DNA from: Alphaproteobacteria bacterium
GTDB taxonomy: Bacteria; Pseudomonadota; Alphaproteobacteria; UBA7887
Length of the DNA stretch: 64,000 nt
Direction: 5' to 3'
Assembly (NCBI GenBank): GCA_965216755.1
Contig: CBDCGL010000011.1
Span: forward strand, 2,016,001-2,080,000
Part shown: positions 11,031-21,394 of the stretch, in pieces
Numbering within the stretch: position 1 is the first letter of the stretch
How the letters are laid out: each line of letters opens with the position of its first letter
Translations under genes and position numbers: made by a program
The notes under the pieces: generated by a model
What the model was told of the DNA's origin: nothing
The model's input: only the letters and a program-made list of their open reading frames with translations
The model's database searches: none

Positions 11031-12869
11031 CTACAGCGAGAACACGTAGAGAACGTTGCTTGGTACAGCGGCTTTCAGCTCGGGTGTCGAGTCAGTGAAC
11101 CACTGCGGCCAGGCACCACCCAGGCCGACTTCGATGGCGATGTATTGTTTGCCATCGGCCTCATAGGACATCGGCGGCGCATTGATCGACGAACCGGTTT
11201 CGAAGCGCCACAGCTCCTCGAGAGTTGTATCGTCGAGCGCAACCACAGCGCCGTCCGCGGTGCCAGTGAGCACCAATCCGCCAGCCGTCGACAGGATACC
11301 GCCCAGCATCGGGAATTCGGTTTCCCACTTGCGGACGACGACGCCGGTAGAAACGTCAATAGCCGTCACGCTGCCGGTGATGCGTCCGGAACGCGGATCG
11401 TCAAAGGTGAAGTACGGCGCACCGCCCAAGAACCACTGCCGATCGGCCGGGTCAAAGTTCTTCGGAGCCACCTCCGCGAACGCCTTGTTGCAGCTTTCGA
11501 TCACCGGAATGTAGTAGAGGCCAGTGTGCGGGCTATACGATGTCGGGGGCCAGTTCTTGCCGCCGGTATGCGCCGGACACGAAATGCCTTCGACCTCGCT
11601 CCGCGTTCCCGCTTCCGTTTCTTCGCCACGGTGGGCCGCGGTGCCGTCGTTATAGCTTTGGACATCCACATTGGGGTCGTACGACACGGGCCGGCCGTTC
11701 TCATCGAGCCCATCCGTCCAGTTCAGCTTTTTGACAAACTGCGTGCCCCAAACATACTCACCATTCGAACGGTCAAGCGCGTATGCGAAGCCGTTGCGGT
11801 TGGCGTGCAGCGTTGCGCGTGTGAACTGACCGTTGATCACAGTATCAACAAATGTGTTTTCCGCGATCGAGTCATAGTCATAGGGATCGTTCGGCGTGTG
11901 CTGGAAACCCCAAAGAAACTCGCCCGTTTCCGCATTCACTGCGATGGTGCTGTCGGTCCACAGATTGTCGCCGGGACGATAAGCATTGTCCCAGTCCGGC
12001 CCCGGATTGGCGGTGCCCCAGACGATGATGTTCAGCTCGGGATCATACGACCCGGTGACCCAAGTCGAACCACCGCCGGTCTTCCACGCGCCGTAGTCAT
12101 CCTTCCACGTTTCGTGACCCGGTTCGCCCGGCCCCGGAATTGTGTGCGTCCGCCAGACTTCTTCGCCGGTGGCAATGTCCAGCGCGGCAATCCAGCCACG
12201 AACGCCGAATTCGGCGCCGGCCATACCCGTGACAACCGTGTCTTTAACAACCAAAGGTGCACCGGTGATGGTTTCGGCGATACCCGGGTCTGCGACCTGG
12301 GCTTCCCAAATCAGGCTACCATCGGTCTTGTTCAAGGCGCGAATTCGACCATCAATGACAGGGGAGACCACAATGTCGCCGTGAAGGGCCACGCCGCGAT
12401 TGTTGATGCCGCAGCACAACACGCTCGGCCCCCAATCTTTGTCGGCCTCCGGATCGGACTTCCAAACCGTGACCGGCTTTCCGCCACGCACATCGAGCTT
12501 GGTGACCACACCCCAACCAGTGGTCAGGTACAGAAACCCGTCCTCGGCGATCGGCGTGCCTTCGAGACCGGCGAACGGGAATACCACAGGGTCGGTCCCG
12601 CCGCCCTGGGCGCTTCCCATCGCGTAGGTGAACGCGACCTTAAGGTCCCCTACGTTGTCTCTGTTGATCTCGCGAAGGCCAGAAAAACGATGGGCTTCGT
12701 AGTTGCCGTGATGGTTGATCCAATTTTCGGGTTCGTTTTCGCTGTTGACCAGACGATCGTCAGTGACCGTCCCAGCCAGAGCCGTGGTCGTAAGCATCGC
12801 CGCGCCAATCGCAGCTGCCGACATCCCGAAGACTGGTGCCTTGGCCCCAGCCCTACTCGCAAATTCCAT
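11031..12869 (-). CDS. PQQ-dependent alcohol dehydrogenase (methanol/ethanol family), lanthanide-type motif
   Basis: Signal peptide; vicinal CC (VLCCGINNRG), GAEFGVRG, GTANPGP, QHTPNDPYDYDSIAE, GGKNWPP, GKQYIA; start after GGGAGG. Confidence 0.93.
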   Translation of the reverse strand: MEFASRAGAKAPVFGMSAAAIGAAMLTTTALAGTVTDDRLVNSENEPENWINHHGNYEAHRFSGLREINRDNVGDLKVAFTYAMGSAQGGGTDPVVFPFAGLEGTPIAEDGFLYLTTGWGVVTKLDVRGGKPVTVWKSDPEADKDWGPSVLCCGINNRGVALHGDIVVSPVIDGRIRALNKTDGSLIWEAQVADPGIAETITGAPLVVKDTVVTGMAGAEFGVRGWIAALDIATGEEVWRTHTIPGPGEPGHETWKDDYGAWKTGGGSTWVTGSYDPELNIIVWGTANPGPDWDNAYRPGDNLWTDSTIAVNAETGEFLWGFQHTPNDPYDYDSIAENTFVDTVINGQFTRATLHANRNGFAYALDRSNGEYVWGTQFVKKLNWTDGLDENGRPVSYDPNVDVQSYNDGTAAHRGEETEAGTRSEVEGISCPAHTGGKNWPPTSYSPHTGLYYIPVIESCNKAFAEVAPKNFDPADRQWFLGGAPYFTFDDPRSGRITGSVTAIDVSTGVVVRKWETEFPMLGGILSTAGGLVLTGTADGAVVALDDTTLEELWRFETGSSINAPPMSYEADGKQYIAIEVGLGGAWPQWFTDSTPELKAAVPSNVLYVFSL

Positions 12870-13150
12870 GCTTCGGGTCCTCCCTAGTACGTACAACGTT
12901 TCCTTGAAAGCACGGCACCCATCGCGCGCCATTGCGCAACACCGCCACAGCCATCCGTTTGACTGCACCTCCAAAGATCCTGCTACTGACAAGCCTTGAG
13001 AGCTTAGCGGCATCGCGTTCGCCAGTCACAAAAAAAGCGCTCTGGAACAGGCATTCCTGCGGAATTCATGGTTGTGTGCGGCCGACATATAAGGTTTTCG
13101 GAGGTTTGGGCTGAATCATGGCCCATACTTTGGAGCGGCGGGTCCGCACC

Positions 13151-14467
13151 TCAGCGAAAAAAGAAGAACCGCGCCAGACCTGGCACAATCATGGTTAAGA
13201 AACGCGCCGTCGTCAGCCGCCGGGACGCCTGAATAAGGGTGAAGGCCATGCTCTTGGGACTTATGTCGCCGCCGCTCGTGCCGAATATCGAACGGTGCAT
13301 GCGGGATATATGGTCCATTGCGCGGCTGCCGAGGCCGGCCATCGCCGCCTGACCAGCCGCCGCGTCAGATCCGAATGTATTTCTGCTCCAGGACAGAAAC
13401 GATCGATAAAAGTCCAAGCTAGATTCGGATCGCACGGCATCGCGCCAAAGGCGCAGATCCGCCCGCGTCGGAACAACCCGCCAAATGACCAGAACGAGAA
13501 AAACAAACAGCGCCGCGGCCGGCATCAAGAAGAGTGTCAACAGCCCAAACCGTTCCGCCCGGTGCCTCGCCAGTGCTTCCCTGCGCAGTTCGCGGCGAAG
13601 CTCCATCGCACCCCTCTTAAGCGGTTCGACGCGTTGGCCCGGCACAGCCGCCACTTCGGTTGTTGCGCGCTCGGGGTTCCAATATGGCAGTGTAACGCCC
13701 TCGATATGCGTAACGTCCTCGGTTTCAATGTAAATGTCCCAGCTTTGCCGCAGGTGGGCGACAAAACCAGCGGTGGTTTTTTCGGTTTCTGCGGACATCT
13801 CGGTATTCATCACCCGATAACCTTCGCCGGCGGCCAAGACAAGCTCGGGCAAGTCGTCGGCGCTCATGCCGGCGACGGTCAGTGACACCGTGCGGCGCAC
13901 TGTGTCGCCGTTCTGGATTTCACTGATCACGTGCGACCATGAGTCTTCCATTGTGACTTGGTGAGAAACGATCCAGGCATCGCCGTCGAAATCGGGGCTC
14001 TTCGGATGAACAACGATGTCTCGTTGCGGATGTATTTCCTTGAACTCAACGCTGCGGCCATCGCTTCGCGTCGAAATGCCGGTAACCGTGATCGGCGGGA
14101 TAACGAGGGTTCCGCCACGTACGGGCACGATCGCGAGGCGAACGTCGTGGCTGTACCCCTTGCTGCCGACAATGCTGTACCCCTCGTCGCCTGAGACCTC
14201 GATTTGCCGCGTATGCGGACGCGCCAAAAAGTCTGATCGCGCATCCTCGATAATTGGCAGCTCGAGACGTATGCGCTTAAACGGGTTAGCTGAAATGTAT
14301 TGGACGTGCATGACAATTTCGCCGCCGACATACGCGCCCGTGGTCGCTACAAACGCTGGCTCCAAGGTGACGGTAAAGTTTTCCCGATCCTGCTCGACCG
14401 GGTGCTGGGCAAAAGCCAGCTGGGTCCACACGCAAACGCACAGCCAACACAGCAATACGCGGGTCAT
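13151..14467 (-). CDS. BatD-like protein
   Basis: Signal peptide, beta-rich repeats (GTLVIPPITV, GDTVRRTVSL, LPYWN), C-terminal TM; last gene of the MoxR cassette. Confidence 0.7.
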   Translation of the reverse strand: MTRVLLCWLCVCVWTQLAFAQHPVEQDRENFTVTLEPAFVATTGAYVGGEIVMHVQYISANPFKRIRLELPIIEDARSDFLARPHTRQIEVSGDEGYSIVGSKGYSHDVRLAIVPVRGGTLVIPPITVTGISTRSDGRSVEFKEIHPQRDIVVHPKSPDFDGDAWIVSHQVTMEDSWSHVISEIQNGDTVRRTVSLTVAGMSADDLPELVLAAGEGYRVMNTEMSAETEKTTAGFVAHLRQSWDIYIETEDVTHIEGVTLPYWNPERATTEVAAVPGQRVEPLKRGAMELRRELRREALARHRAERFGLLTLFLMPAAALFVFLVLVIWRVVPTRADLRLWRDAVRSESSLDFYRSFLSWSRNTFGSDAAAGQAAMAGLGSRAMDHISRMHRSIFGTSGGDISPKSMAFTLIQASRRLTTARFLTMIVPGLARFFFFR

Positions 14468-15267
14468 TCGGCGATTCCCGCAATCCGCGATTCATAGACC
14501 GAAAGCATGCGCGCACGCAGAACCTTTTCTGGATCGTCGCGAATTCTGCGCAGCAGCGTCTCCGGCGGCCGCGCGCTAGTTCTCGGTTTCAGGTCGACGG
14601 TCCCCACCATGCGCCGGTTGTTTCGCCCGCGGTCCTCGCTCGTCTGGCCGACCGCAGCGGCGCTGCCAGCCTCGCCAGCAACCTCGACCGGCTTGGGACG
14701 CTCAGCGGCCTCGCTATCGATCCTCTCGTCTGTATCGTTGGTGTTGCCTGCCGTATCGTTTTGCCTCGATTCTGCGGCTTGCGAGCGGTTCGATACGCCC
14801 TCCTGCGGCTCGGTGACCTGATGCTCTTGGACCTCAGCCGGCTCCTGTTCCGGACGTGCCTCGGGCTCGCCCAATGTCTGTTCGGGCTCCAACAGCTTTT
14901 GCGCCAAGGTCAAATTGTAGCGCGCATCGACATGGTCGGGGTCAAATCTCAGCACCCGTTGATACGTGGCGATGGCATTCGACCAGTCGCGCAAACGCGC
15001 ATAGCTGTTGGCAAGATTGTACAAACTGAGCACTGTCTCTTGGTCGGAAAATTCACGCGACGCTTGCTCATACCGTCCAGCGCGGTAAGCGGCCACGCCG
15101 CGCCAGGTCGCCTGTTGAAAGAACAATAGCGCCAAGTCGTGCTGACGGCTGTCTAGGTAGTCGAGCGCGATTTCAAAGTCACTCGGCGGGCGTTCGATTC
15201 GGGGCCAAAGCCACGAAATGGCCGCGACCATCGCGCAGACCAACACCCATCCGACAGCCCGCCACAT
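14464..15267 (-). CDS. TPR protein (BatB/BatC/MxaK-like)
   Basis: WRGVAAYRAGRYEQA, YNLANSYARL...AIATYQRVL..DPDHVDARYNL, acidic linker, LRRIRDDP..LR tail. Confidence 0.8.
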   Translation of the reverse strand: MWRAVGWVLVCAMVAAISWLWPRIERPPSDFEIALDYLDSRQHDLALLFFQQATWRGVAAYRAGRYEQASREFSDQETVLSLYNLANSYARLRDWSNAIATYQRVLRFDPDHVDARYNLTLAQKLLEPEQTLGEPEARPEQEPAEVQEHQVTEPQEGVSNRSQAAESRQNDTAGNTNDTDERIDSEAAERPKPVEVAGEAGSAAAVGQTSEDRGRNNRRMVGTVDLKPRTSARPPETLLRRIRDDPEKVLRARMLSVYESRIAGIAE

Positions 15268-16124
15268 CACGTCGACCCGATTCGACGGAAAAAGAAGAGC
15301 CAAAGTAATGCAGCAGCACTGACCAGCCATGGGCGCAGGTCATATGCGGCGGCGTCATCGCTGTCGCGCAACGCCTTCGCGACTTCGTCATCCAAGTCAT
15401 CAATGACGGCATCAATCGACGTGTCGTCGGCCACCCGCGCGCCGATTCGATCGGCGTAGGCTTGCCAGCCATCAGCGCCATTTGGATCGACAACCAGCGC
15501 CCGCAACCACTTGCCGGCACCAGTCGCCGCAATCGTCGGCGCACCACCACCGGTCACCAATACCAACTGCCCGACCGCCATGTCGGCGCGTTTCAACAGC
15601 GCCTCGGCGTGGGTGATCGCGATGCCCGGCGCACGGCCCGCGACCGGCATAAGTTCGGGATCGATGACACGCAAATACCGGTCAAGATGCGCGCGGTCAG
15701 TGGTGAACGGAACAATGTCAAACGCCTCGGCGGTCGCAACAACCAGCGCCGTCGGCACGCTCGGCGCCGCGTCCAGAATTCGGAATGCGATCAATCGTTG
15801 GCGTTCGATGTCTCTTCCCGCGCCAATGTCGAGCGCGATCACGCGTCCGGCCAGGTTGCCATACTCGGTCGGCTCGCCGATATCCAGGATCGGCCGAGCC
15901 AGGCACAGCACCAGCAGCGCCCATGTCGCCGACCAAAGCACCACCGGCAACCGGATTTGCGAAACGACCCGCTGCGCCATAAACGGTTGCATCGTCGTGT
16001 CGATGATTCGACGCCAATGACCGGGCAGGCTCATCACCGCCTGCCCCTGCCTGAGCGTCAGCCAAGCCACCAACGTGATCGCTGGCACCAGCAACAAAAG
16101 CGCGCGAGGCTCCGCGAAACTCAT
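15267..16124 (-). CDS. VWA-domain membrane protein (BatB/MxaL-like), degenerate MIDAS
   Basis: MSFAEPRALLLL, LARP, VPFTTDR, PELMPVAG, LVLVTGG; overlaps neighbouring genes. Confidence 0.75.
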   Translation of the reverse strand: MSFAEPRALLLLVPAITLVAWLTLRQGQAVMSLPGHWRRIIDTTMQPFMAQRVVSQIRLPVVLWSATWALLVLCLARPILDIGEPTEYGNLAGRVIALDIGAGRDIERQRLIAFRILDAAPSVPTALVVATAEAFDIVPFTTDRAHLDRYLRVIDPELMPVAGRAPGIAITHAEALLKRADMAVGQLVLVTGGGAPTIAATGAGKWLRALVVDPNGADGWQAYADRIGARVADDTSIDAVIDDLDDEVAKALRDSDDAAAYDLRPWLVSAAALLWLFFFRRIGST

Positions 16125-17059
16125 GCCTTGCGGATCCCCTGCACCACAAGACCGGCGAGTATGATCAGCACCAGGGCGATCGCGTAGACCGACCAATCGC
16201 GCACCATGTAATCCTCTTCCTCAGGCCGTGTTGCGGGTTCGCGATCGCTTATTTCACGCGATGTCGCGGCCAAACCTGCCGCCGACTGGGCCCAGAAAAA
16301 CACCCCGCCGGTATTGTGCGCAATGGTTCTCAAAATGTCCGCGCCATCCGCCTGGATATTGGACGCAAAGCCGATCGTGTGTATGCGTATGTCGCGTCGC
16401 GCGGCCAAGTCCGCCGCGTCTGGGCCCGTCAATTCTCCCGAATTGTCCTCGCCATCCGACAGCAACACCAGCACGCGGCCGGCGTCCTGCTTGGAATCGA
16501 AAGTCTTTACCGCCAATCCAATGGCGCGGCCAAGATCGGTTCGATGTCCCGGCAGTCCGATCTCCAATTCGCCCAGCACGGCCGCGACGGCTTCGACATC
16601 ATAGGTCAAGGGCGCGATCAGATAGGCCTCGTGGCCATAGACGATCAGGCCGACCCGGTCGCCCCTACGCGATTTGATAAAGTCGCCAACCATTGCACGA
16701 GCAACCACGTAGCGCGATGCGCCGTCCCCGTTCCAAGCCATGTCGGGCTCTTCCATGCTCGCCGATAGATCGATCGCCACCATCAGATCGCGGCCGGTCG
16801 GCGTCACCAGGATCGTCTCGCGGCTGTATGGTCCGGCCAGCGCGACCACCAAGACAACCCATCCCAGCGCCTTGAGCCAAAGGTCCTCCGGGCCGCCCCA
16901 GCGACGCCGCCGGCCCTGGCCCGACAGGCCCGAGATCAGACCGCCAATCGGCGCGGGAACAGGCAATGCGGCGTCGGCCGCAAGCGCCGGCAACAACCAC
17001 CAAGCCGCGAGCGGTAGGGGTAAGAGGGCAAGTGCCCAAGGGCGTAGAAACTCGATCAT
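16121..17059 (-). CDS. VWA-domain protein (BatA/MxaC-like)
   Basis: MIEFLRPWAL, GRDLMVAIDLSASM (intact MIDAS), GDRVGLI, APLTYD, LLSDGED, IHTIG. Confidence 0.88.
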   Translation of the reverse strand: MIEFLRPWALALLPLPLAAWWLLPALAADAALPVPAPIGGLISGLSGQGRRRRWGGPEDLWLKALGWVVLVVALAGPYSRETILVTPTGRDLMVAIDLSASMEEPDMAWNGDGASRYVVARAMVGDFIKSRRGDRVGLIVYGHEAYLIAPLTYDVEAVAAVLGELEIGLPGHRTDLGRAIGLAVKTFDSKQDAGRVLVLLSDGEDNSGELTGPDAADLAARRDIRIHTIGFASNIQADGADILRTIAHNTGGVFFWAQSAAGLAATSREISDREPATRPEEEDYMVRDWSVYAIALVLIILAGLVVQGIRKA

Positions 17060-17424
17060 CGGCGAAGTTCACCACTCAGGAAAGAGATGAACTCGGCTCG
17101 TTCGGCATCGGTAATCGAGGCCGGGCGGCGATAGGCAAGTGCCGGCAAATTGACCGAACGTCCCGCCCGCTGGGAAAGGGTGCCGGCGAAAGCAAGCAGC
17201 AACGACCATTGCGTCGCCGGATCTTTGGCCCCGGCAATGCGCGCCAGATCTCCGGTCGCGATCCGCCGCCATCGATTGCGTTTCCACCAGCGCGCGAGCA
17301 ACACAACACCGACGATGATCGCCAAAACGATGAACGGCCAGGCTGCGAGCACGATCGGCGCCGCCTCGAGATTCGCCGGGACGTGAATGTCGCGCAGTTG
17401 CGCGAGGACCTCCTCCTCGCTCAC
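17056..17424 (-). CDS. DUF4381 family membrane protein
   Basis: LAQLRDIHVP start, single TM, RWRR; usual position between DUF58 and BatA. Confidence 0.75.
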   Translation of the reverse strand: MSEEEVLAQLRDIHVPANLEAAPIVLAAWPFIVLAIIVGVVLLARWWKRNRWRRIATGDLARIAGAKDPATQWSLLLAFAGTLSQRAGRSVNLPALAYRRPASITDAERAEFISFLSGELRR

Positions 17425-18341
17425 CGCTCCTCTCCAGGCAACAAATAGCCGCCACTCGCAGCGTCAGTAATGCGCCAACCGTCGCTCGTCAGGTGGCGAC
17501 GCAGGGCGCGACGCAGTTCGTCGACGGTGTTCTGTTGGCGCTGCACCGGGGCTGTTGCCACCATCGCCGTGCGGCGCTGGGGATCATGCATGGTTTGATA
17601 CGGATAACGCCCCGCCGGGATAGGTTCCCGAAACATCGGGTCCTCGACGATGATCGCCCGGAAATGACGAATGGCGTCCAGCTCTCGAACTTTGGCACTC
17701 AATGCCGCGGGCAGTTCGCCAAAGTCACTGAAAACACAAATCTCATCGCCAAACGCCAAGTGCGCGCTGGCGGTGTCGATCGCAACCACCAAGGCGTCCG
17801 AGTCACCCGCCTCGGTTCGCGAAAGTGCCGAAGCGTAGGCATCTTCCAAGTGCTTCAAAAGGAACAGAATATGGCCGCGGCCGCGGCGCGGGCGCACCAA
17901 AATCTGGTCCGGCACCACAACCAGACCGACGGGTTCCTGCAAGGTAAGGGCTTCCCACGCCATGTGGGCGGCTAAGAGCGCTGCGGTCTTGGCCATCGGC
18001 CGGATCGCGGTACCGAACATCAGGTGAGGCCGCAGGTCGACGATCAGCATCCGCGCGAGATGTGATTCCGCCACGAAACGTTTCATTTGGGCGCGTCCCG
18101 TGCGGGCCGTGGCACGCCAATCCATCCACCGGATATCGTCGCCGGGAACGTAAGGGCCAACGCTGTCCAGGTCCATACCCTGCGCGCGGCGTCGACCCGG
18201 GCGCATTCCGGTTGGATACCGTTCGCCTGGCAACAACCGACCACGGACGCGATGCGGTTGCGTGGCCATCAGTTCGCGTAGCGTAAGTCTCGCAGGTTCA
18301 TTTGCATCCGGATCGGGCGACTTGGCGCCGCTAGACCACAT
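17421..18341 (-). CDS. DUF58 family protein (MxaS-like)
   Basis: GMDL...YVPGDDIRWMDWRATARTG, MFGT, FSDF. Confidence 0.88.
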   Translation of the reverse strand: MWSSGAKSPDPDANEPARLTLRELMATQPHRVRGRLLPGERYPTGMRPGRRRAQGMDLDSVGPYVPGDDIRWMDWRATARTGRAQMKRFVAESHLARMLIVDLRPHLMFGTAIRPMAKTAALLAAHMAWEALTLQEPVGLVVVPDQILVRPRRGRGHILFLLKHLEDAYASALSRTEAGDSDALVVAIDTASAHLAFGDEICVFSDFGELPAALSAKVRELDAIRHFRAIIVEDPMFREPIPAGRYPYQTMHDPQRRTAMVATAPVQRQQNTVDELRRALRRHLTSDGWRITDAASGGYLLPGEER

Positions 18342-19296
18342 TGACCTGTTCCAGCAAATTCTGGACGATCTGGTCGGGAGTCACGCCGTCCGCTTCCGCG
18401 CGATACGTCAGCCCCATGCGATGGCGCAGCGCATTGGGCGTCAGCGCGATGACGTCCTCGGGCAAAACGTGGTCGCGCTCCATGAGCCAGGCGCGCGCCT
18501 GCGCTGTGCGCGCCAAAGATACTGATCCGCGCGGGCTGACGGGATGAGACAAATGTTCACCCACGCCTTTGAGGCTCTCCGGGTCGCCGCGCGTACCCGA
18601 GATGAGGCGCACGATATAGTCGCGGATCGGTTCTGAAAGATGCACCTCCAGCACCAAGCGCCGCGCCTCCGCCAAATCCGCCTTTGAAATCGGCGTTGGC
18701 GGTGGGCTCGGCGTCAGTGCTTCGACCGCTTCTCGAAGCACAAGATCGAATATGTCCCGCTCGGCGGTGAGATCCGGATAATCGATAGTCACGTGCAGCA
18801 AAAAGCGATCGAGCTGTGCCTGGGGTAGCTCCCAGGTTCCCTCATGCTCGATCGGGTTCTGGGTCGCGATCACGAAGAACGGCGGTTCCAGCCTGAAGCT
18901 TCTGGTACCACTGGTGACCTGGCGCTCCTCCATGGCCTCGAGCAAGGCGGACTGAACTTTGGCCGGCGCACGGTTAATCTCATCGGCCAGAATGAAATTG
19001 CCGAAAACCGGACCCTTCTGGAAATCGAATCTCTGTTCGCGCGCATCGTAAATCGACGACCCGGTCAGATCGGAGGGCAACAGGTCAGGTGTGAACTGGA
19101 TACGGTTGAACACGCCTTCCATCGCCTGTGCCAGAAGGCGGGCCATGCGAGTCTTGGCGAGGCCTGGCGCGCCCTCCAACAGCACGTGGCCATCGGCCAA
19201 TAGGCCGATCAATAGATTAACGACAGTTTGGCGCTGACCGACCACGCCGGCTTCGAGCCGTTTCCTCAAATCAACGAACGTCGAGCGAACCGACAC
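18331..19296 (-). CDS. moxR: MoxR-family AAA+ ATPase
   Basis: GHVLLEGAPGLAKT, RIQFTPDLLPSD, LADEINRAPAKVQSALLEAMEERQVT, ATQNPIE, AQLDRF, SPRGS; start uncertain (19296-19338). Confidence 0.95.
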   Translation of the reverse strand: MSVRSTFVDLRKRLEAGVVGQRQTVVNLLIGLLADGHVLLEGAPGLAKTRMARLLAQAMEGVFNRIQFTPDLLPSDLTGSSIYDAREQRFDFQKGPVFGNFILADEINRAPAKVQSALLEAMEERQVTSGTRSFRLEPPFFVIATQNPIEHEGTWELPQAQLDRFLLHVTIDYPDLTAERDIFDLVLREAVEALTPSPPPTPISKADLAEARRLVLEVHLSEPIRDYIVRLISGTRGDPESLKGVGEHLSHPVSPRGSVSLARTAQARAWLMERDHVLPEDVIALTPNALRHRMGLTYRAEADGVTPDQIVQNLLEQVNVV

Positions 19297-19948
19297 GCGC
19301 CCAAATCTCCCTTGTCTCCGTGACCGCTTTGCGCCCAAATTAGAATGCGCAAACTGGCATCCGACCCTCGATCTTGCCGATTACCGAGGTCACGGCGCCA
19401 TTGGCCCATTGCCGGCCGGTTTGTCAGCGCAAACCGGGTCGTTTCCGTCTGGCGAGAACCACCGCTAACGGCAGCCCCGCAACAATCTAGCGCCGCAGCC
19501 ACGTCGAGACCAATTTGACCGGGATTGCTCAGATGGCCGCCGGATTCGGCGCCAGGTTAGCTGTTTAGGTCCCGGACGGCAATTTCGAGATAGAACGCTG
19601 GGCGCCTACCCCCGACGCGACTGTCCGTCGTTGCTTCGTCACGCCACATCTGACCGACGCGATTGCACCGTCGGCAAACGCGCTGCGACGTTCAATTGCG
19701 CCGGTTGTCGGCGAGGGTTAACCCATTGTCACGCGGCGTTTGAGATGCCGCCGAGATTTCGGACGACGGGGCCAAATCTGCCGGGATAGCTCAACGTCGA
19801 TCCGCGACTGTTCCTTAAACGCCGTCAACGTGGCCGCTGAAACTCGCCACGCTCAGCCCGCACGGCACCGACCGGACTCCGGCGCCATGTTCTGCGCTAT
19901 ACTGGAGTGGCTGATCCCAGGGACAAGTAACATGGAAGCGCTAAGGAC

Positions 19949-20284
19949 ATGGCGATAAGTAATCGGTGGCGGCATTTGGCCGCAACATTCACGATCATAG
20001 CCACGGCTCAGGCGCTGGCTGGCATTGCCCAGGCCGTTGATCGGACGTCAGTGACCGTGGTCAACGAGCGGGCTTTCATGCTGAACGTGGAGCTGCGCGA
20101 CAAAGTCTGCGGCGGTGGCGTGCTGCTCCGCGACCAACTGGATCCCGGCGAGGTGCGCGAAATTGAAATGTGTGTCGATGCCGACGGCGTCGGTGCGCTT
20201 GGTGTCACCTATGGCAGCGGCTGTTCCCAAGTCAAACGCACTGAAATGCGCGATATTGCGCCAGGAGCAACCATCACGTTCTGA
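19949..20284 (+). CDS. Small secreted hypothetical protein
   Basis: AAGGA RBS, signal peptide ending AQA, beta-rich with 3 Cys. Confidence 0.55.
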   Translation: MAISNRWRHLAATFTIIATAQALAGIAQAVDRTSVTVVNERAFMLNVELRDKVCGGGVLLRDQLDPGEVREIEMCVDADGVGALGVTYGSGCSQVKRTEMRDIAPGATITF

Positions 20285-20556
20285 CGTCCCGCCGCCACTT
20301 GCCGTGTAAGATCGATTGGACTGAGCCTGTCTGCAAATGTGGCGACGCGTTGATCCGAAGCGACCTCTTCCAAGGTGCCGGCGAGCGGCTCGCCTTGGTG
20401 TGTCCTGATCCGAAAGCCAATCTCGGATCACACCTGTTGAAACGTATCGGCGTCAAGACAGCCACGGTCTCTGTTATTAATTTGGGTGTAACAGAGGGCT
20501 CGCATCAAAATTGCGCTCCGCAGCTCCGCGTCTCGTTGTCCTTTTGAAATCAAAAA

Positions 20557-21322
20557 TTGTGGCGCGACACCGGGGATCAGAACTTGCCGTTGTTGACCGC
20601 ACTCAACGAGGTGCCCTGCATCTCGACCGTGGCGCCTTGGCAACCCTGGTTTTTCGCTCGCGGCGGCACACCCAAGGAAGGTTTTGAATGGACCTATCAC
20701 TTCTTCTGGTTCTGGGGTCTGGAAGGCATCATCGGCGTGTTCACGGATATGTGGGCGGCGGTAGACACTCACAAAGTGGTTGCCGTTTTGTGACCCAATG
20801 ATGGCGACGGCAATGCGTGCGGCGACCCGAATATCGGGTTCCCACCGGTGCTGGACGCACAGGGTGACAGCATTGTCGACCCGGGTTGCTACCAAAACCT
20901 GACTGACGATTTTTCGGCACAAATCTCTGCATACAAGAATGGCGGCGCCGAGATCGTCACTGGCGTGCCGATCCCGCCCGACTTCACGACGTTTTGGACG
21001 CAAGCTGCCCAACAGAACTTCAAACCCAAGGTCGGCAGCATCGGCAAGGCCTTGCTGTTCCCGGTTGCGGTCGAAGCCCTGGACGACCCGGCGTCGGTCC
21101 GCGACGCGCTCGCCGCGACCGACCTCAACACCGTCGTCGGAAATGTCAAATGGGGCGATGACGGACCGTTCAAAAACGTGGCCAAGACCCCGCTCGTCGG
21201 CGGGCAATGGCCGCGCGGCGGCGCATTCCATTACGAAATGGTCCTGGTCTCGAACAATCAGGGTCTCGAACAATCAGGCGCCTGATATCCCGACCCAGGG
21301 CACCATGGACCCGATCGCATAG
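20557..21322 (+). pseudogene. Degraded branched-chain amino acid-type ABC substrate-binding protein
   Basis: EVPCISTVAPWQPWFF..WTYHFFW, PNDGDGNA, DFSAQISAYK, IGKALLFP. In-frame TGA at 20791, apparent internal deletion, 16-bp tandem duplication at 21246-21277, no recognisable N-terminus. Confidence 0.8.
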
Positions 21323-21394
21323 GCAATGGGACACGACCCCCGGCCGCCAGACGATGCGGCGGCCGGGGGTTCAGCACGCCGAGAGGGGCAGGCG

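Noticed and set aside
10989-12887. 632-aa plus-strand ORF
   Set aside because: Antisense shadow of the PQQ dehydrogenase, with no motifs; typical of GC-rich DNA.
20791-20793. In-frame TGA as selenocysteine or recoding
   Set aside because: The gene has other lesions and TGA is used as a normal stop throughout the window; a nonsense mutation is simpler.
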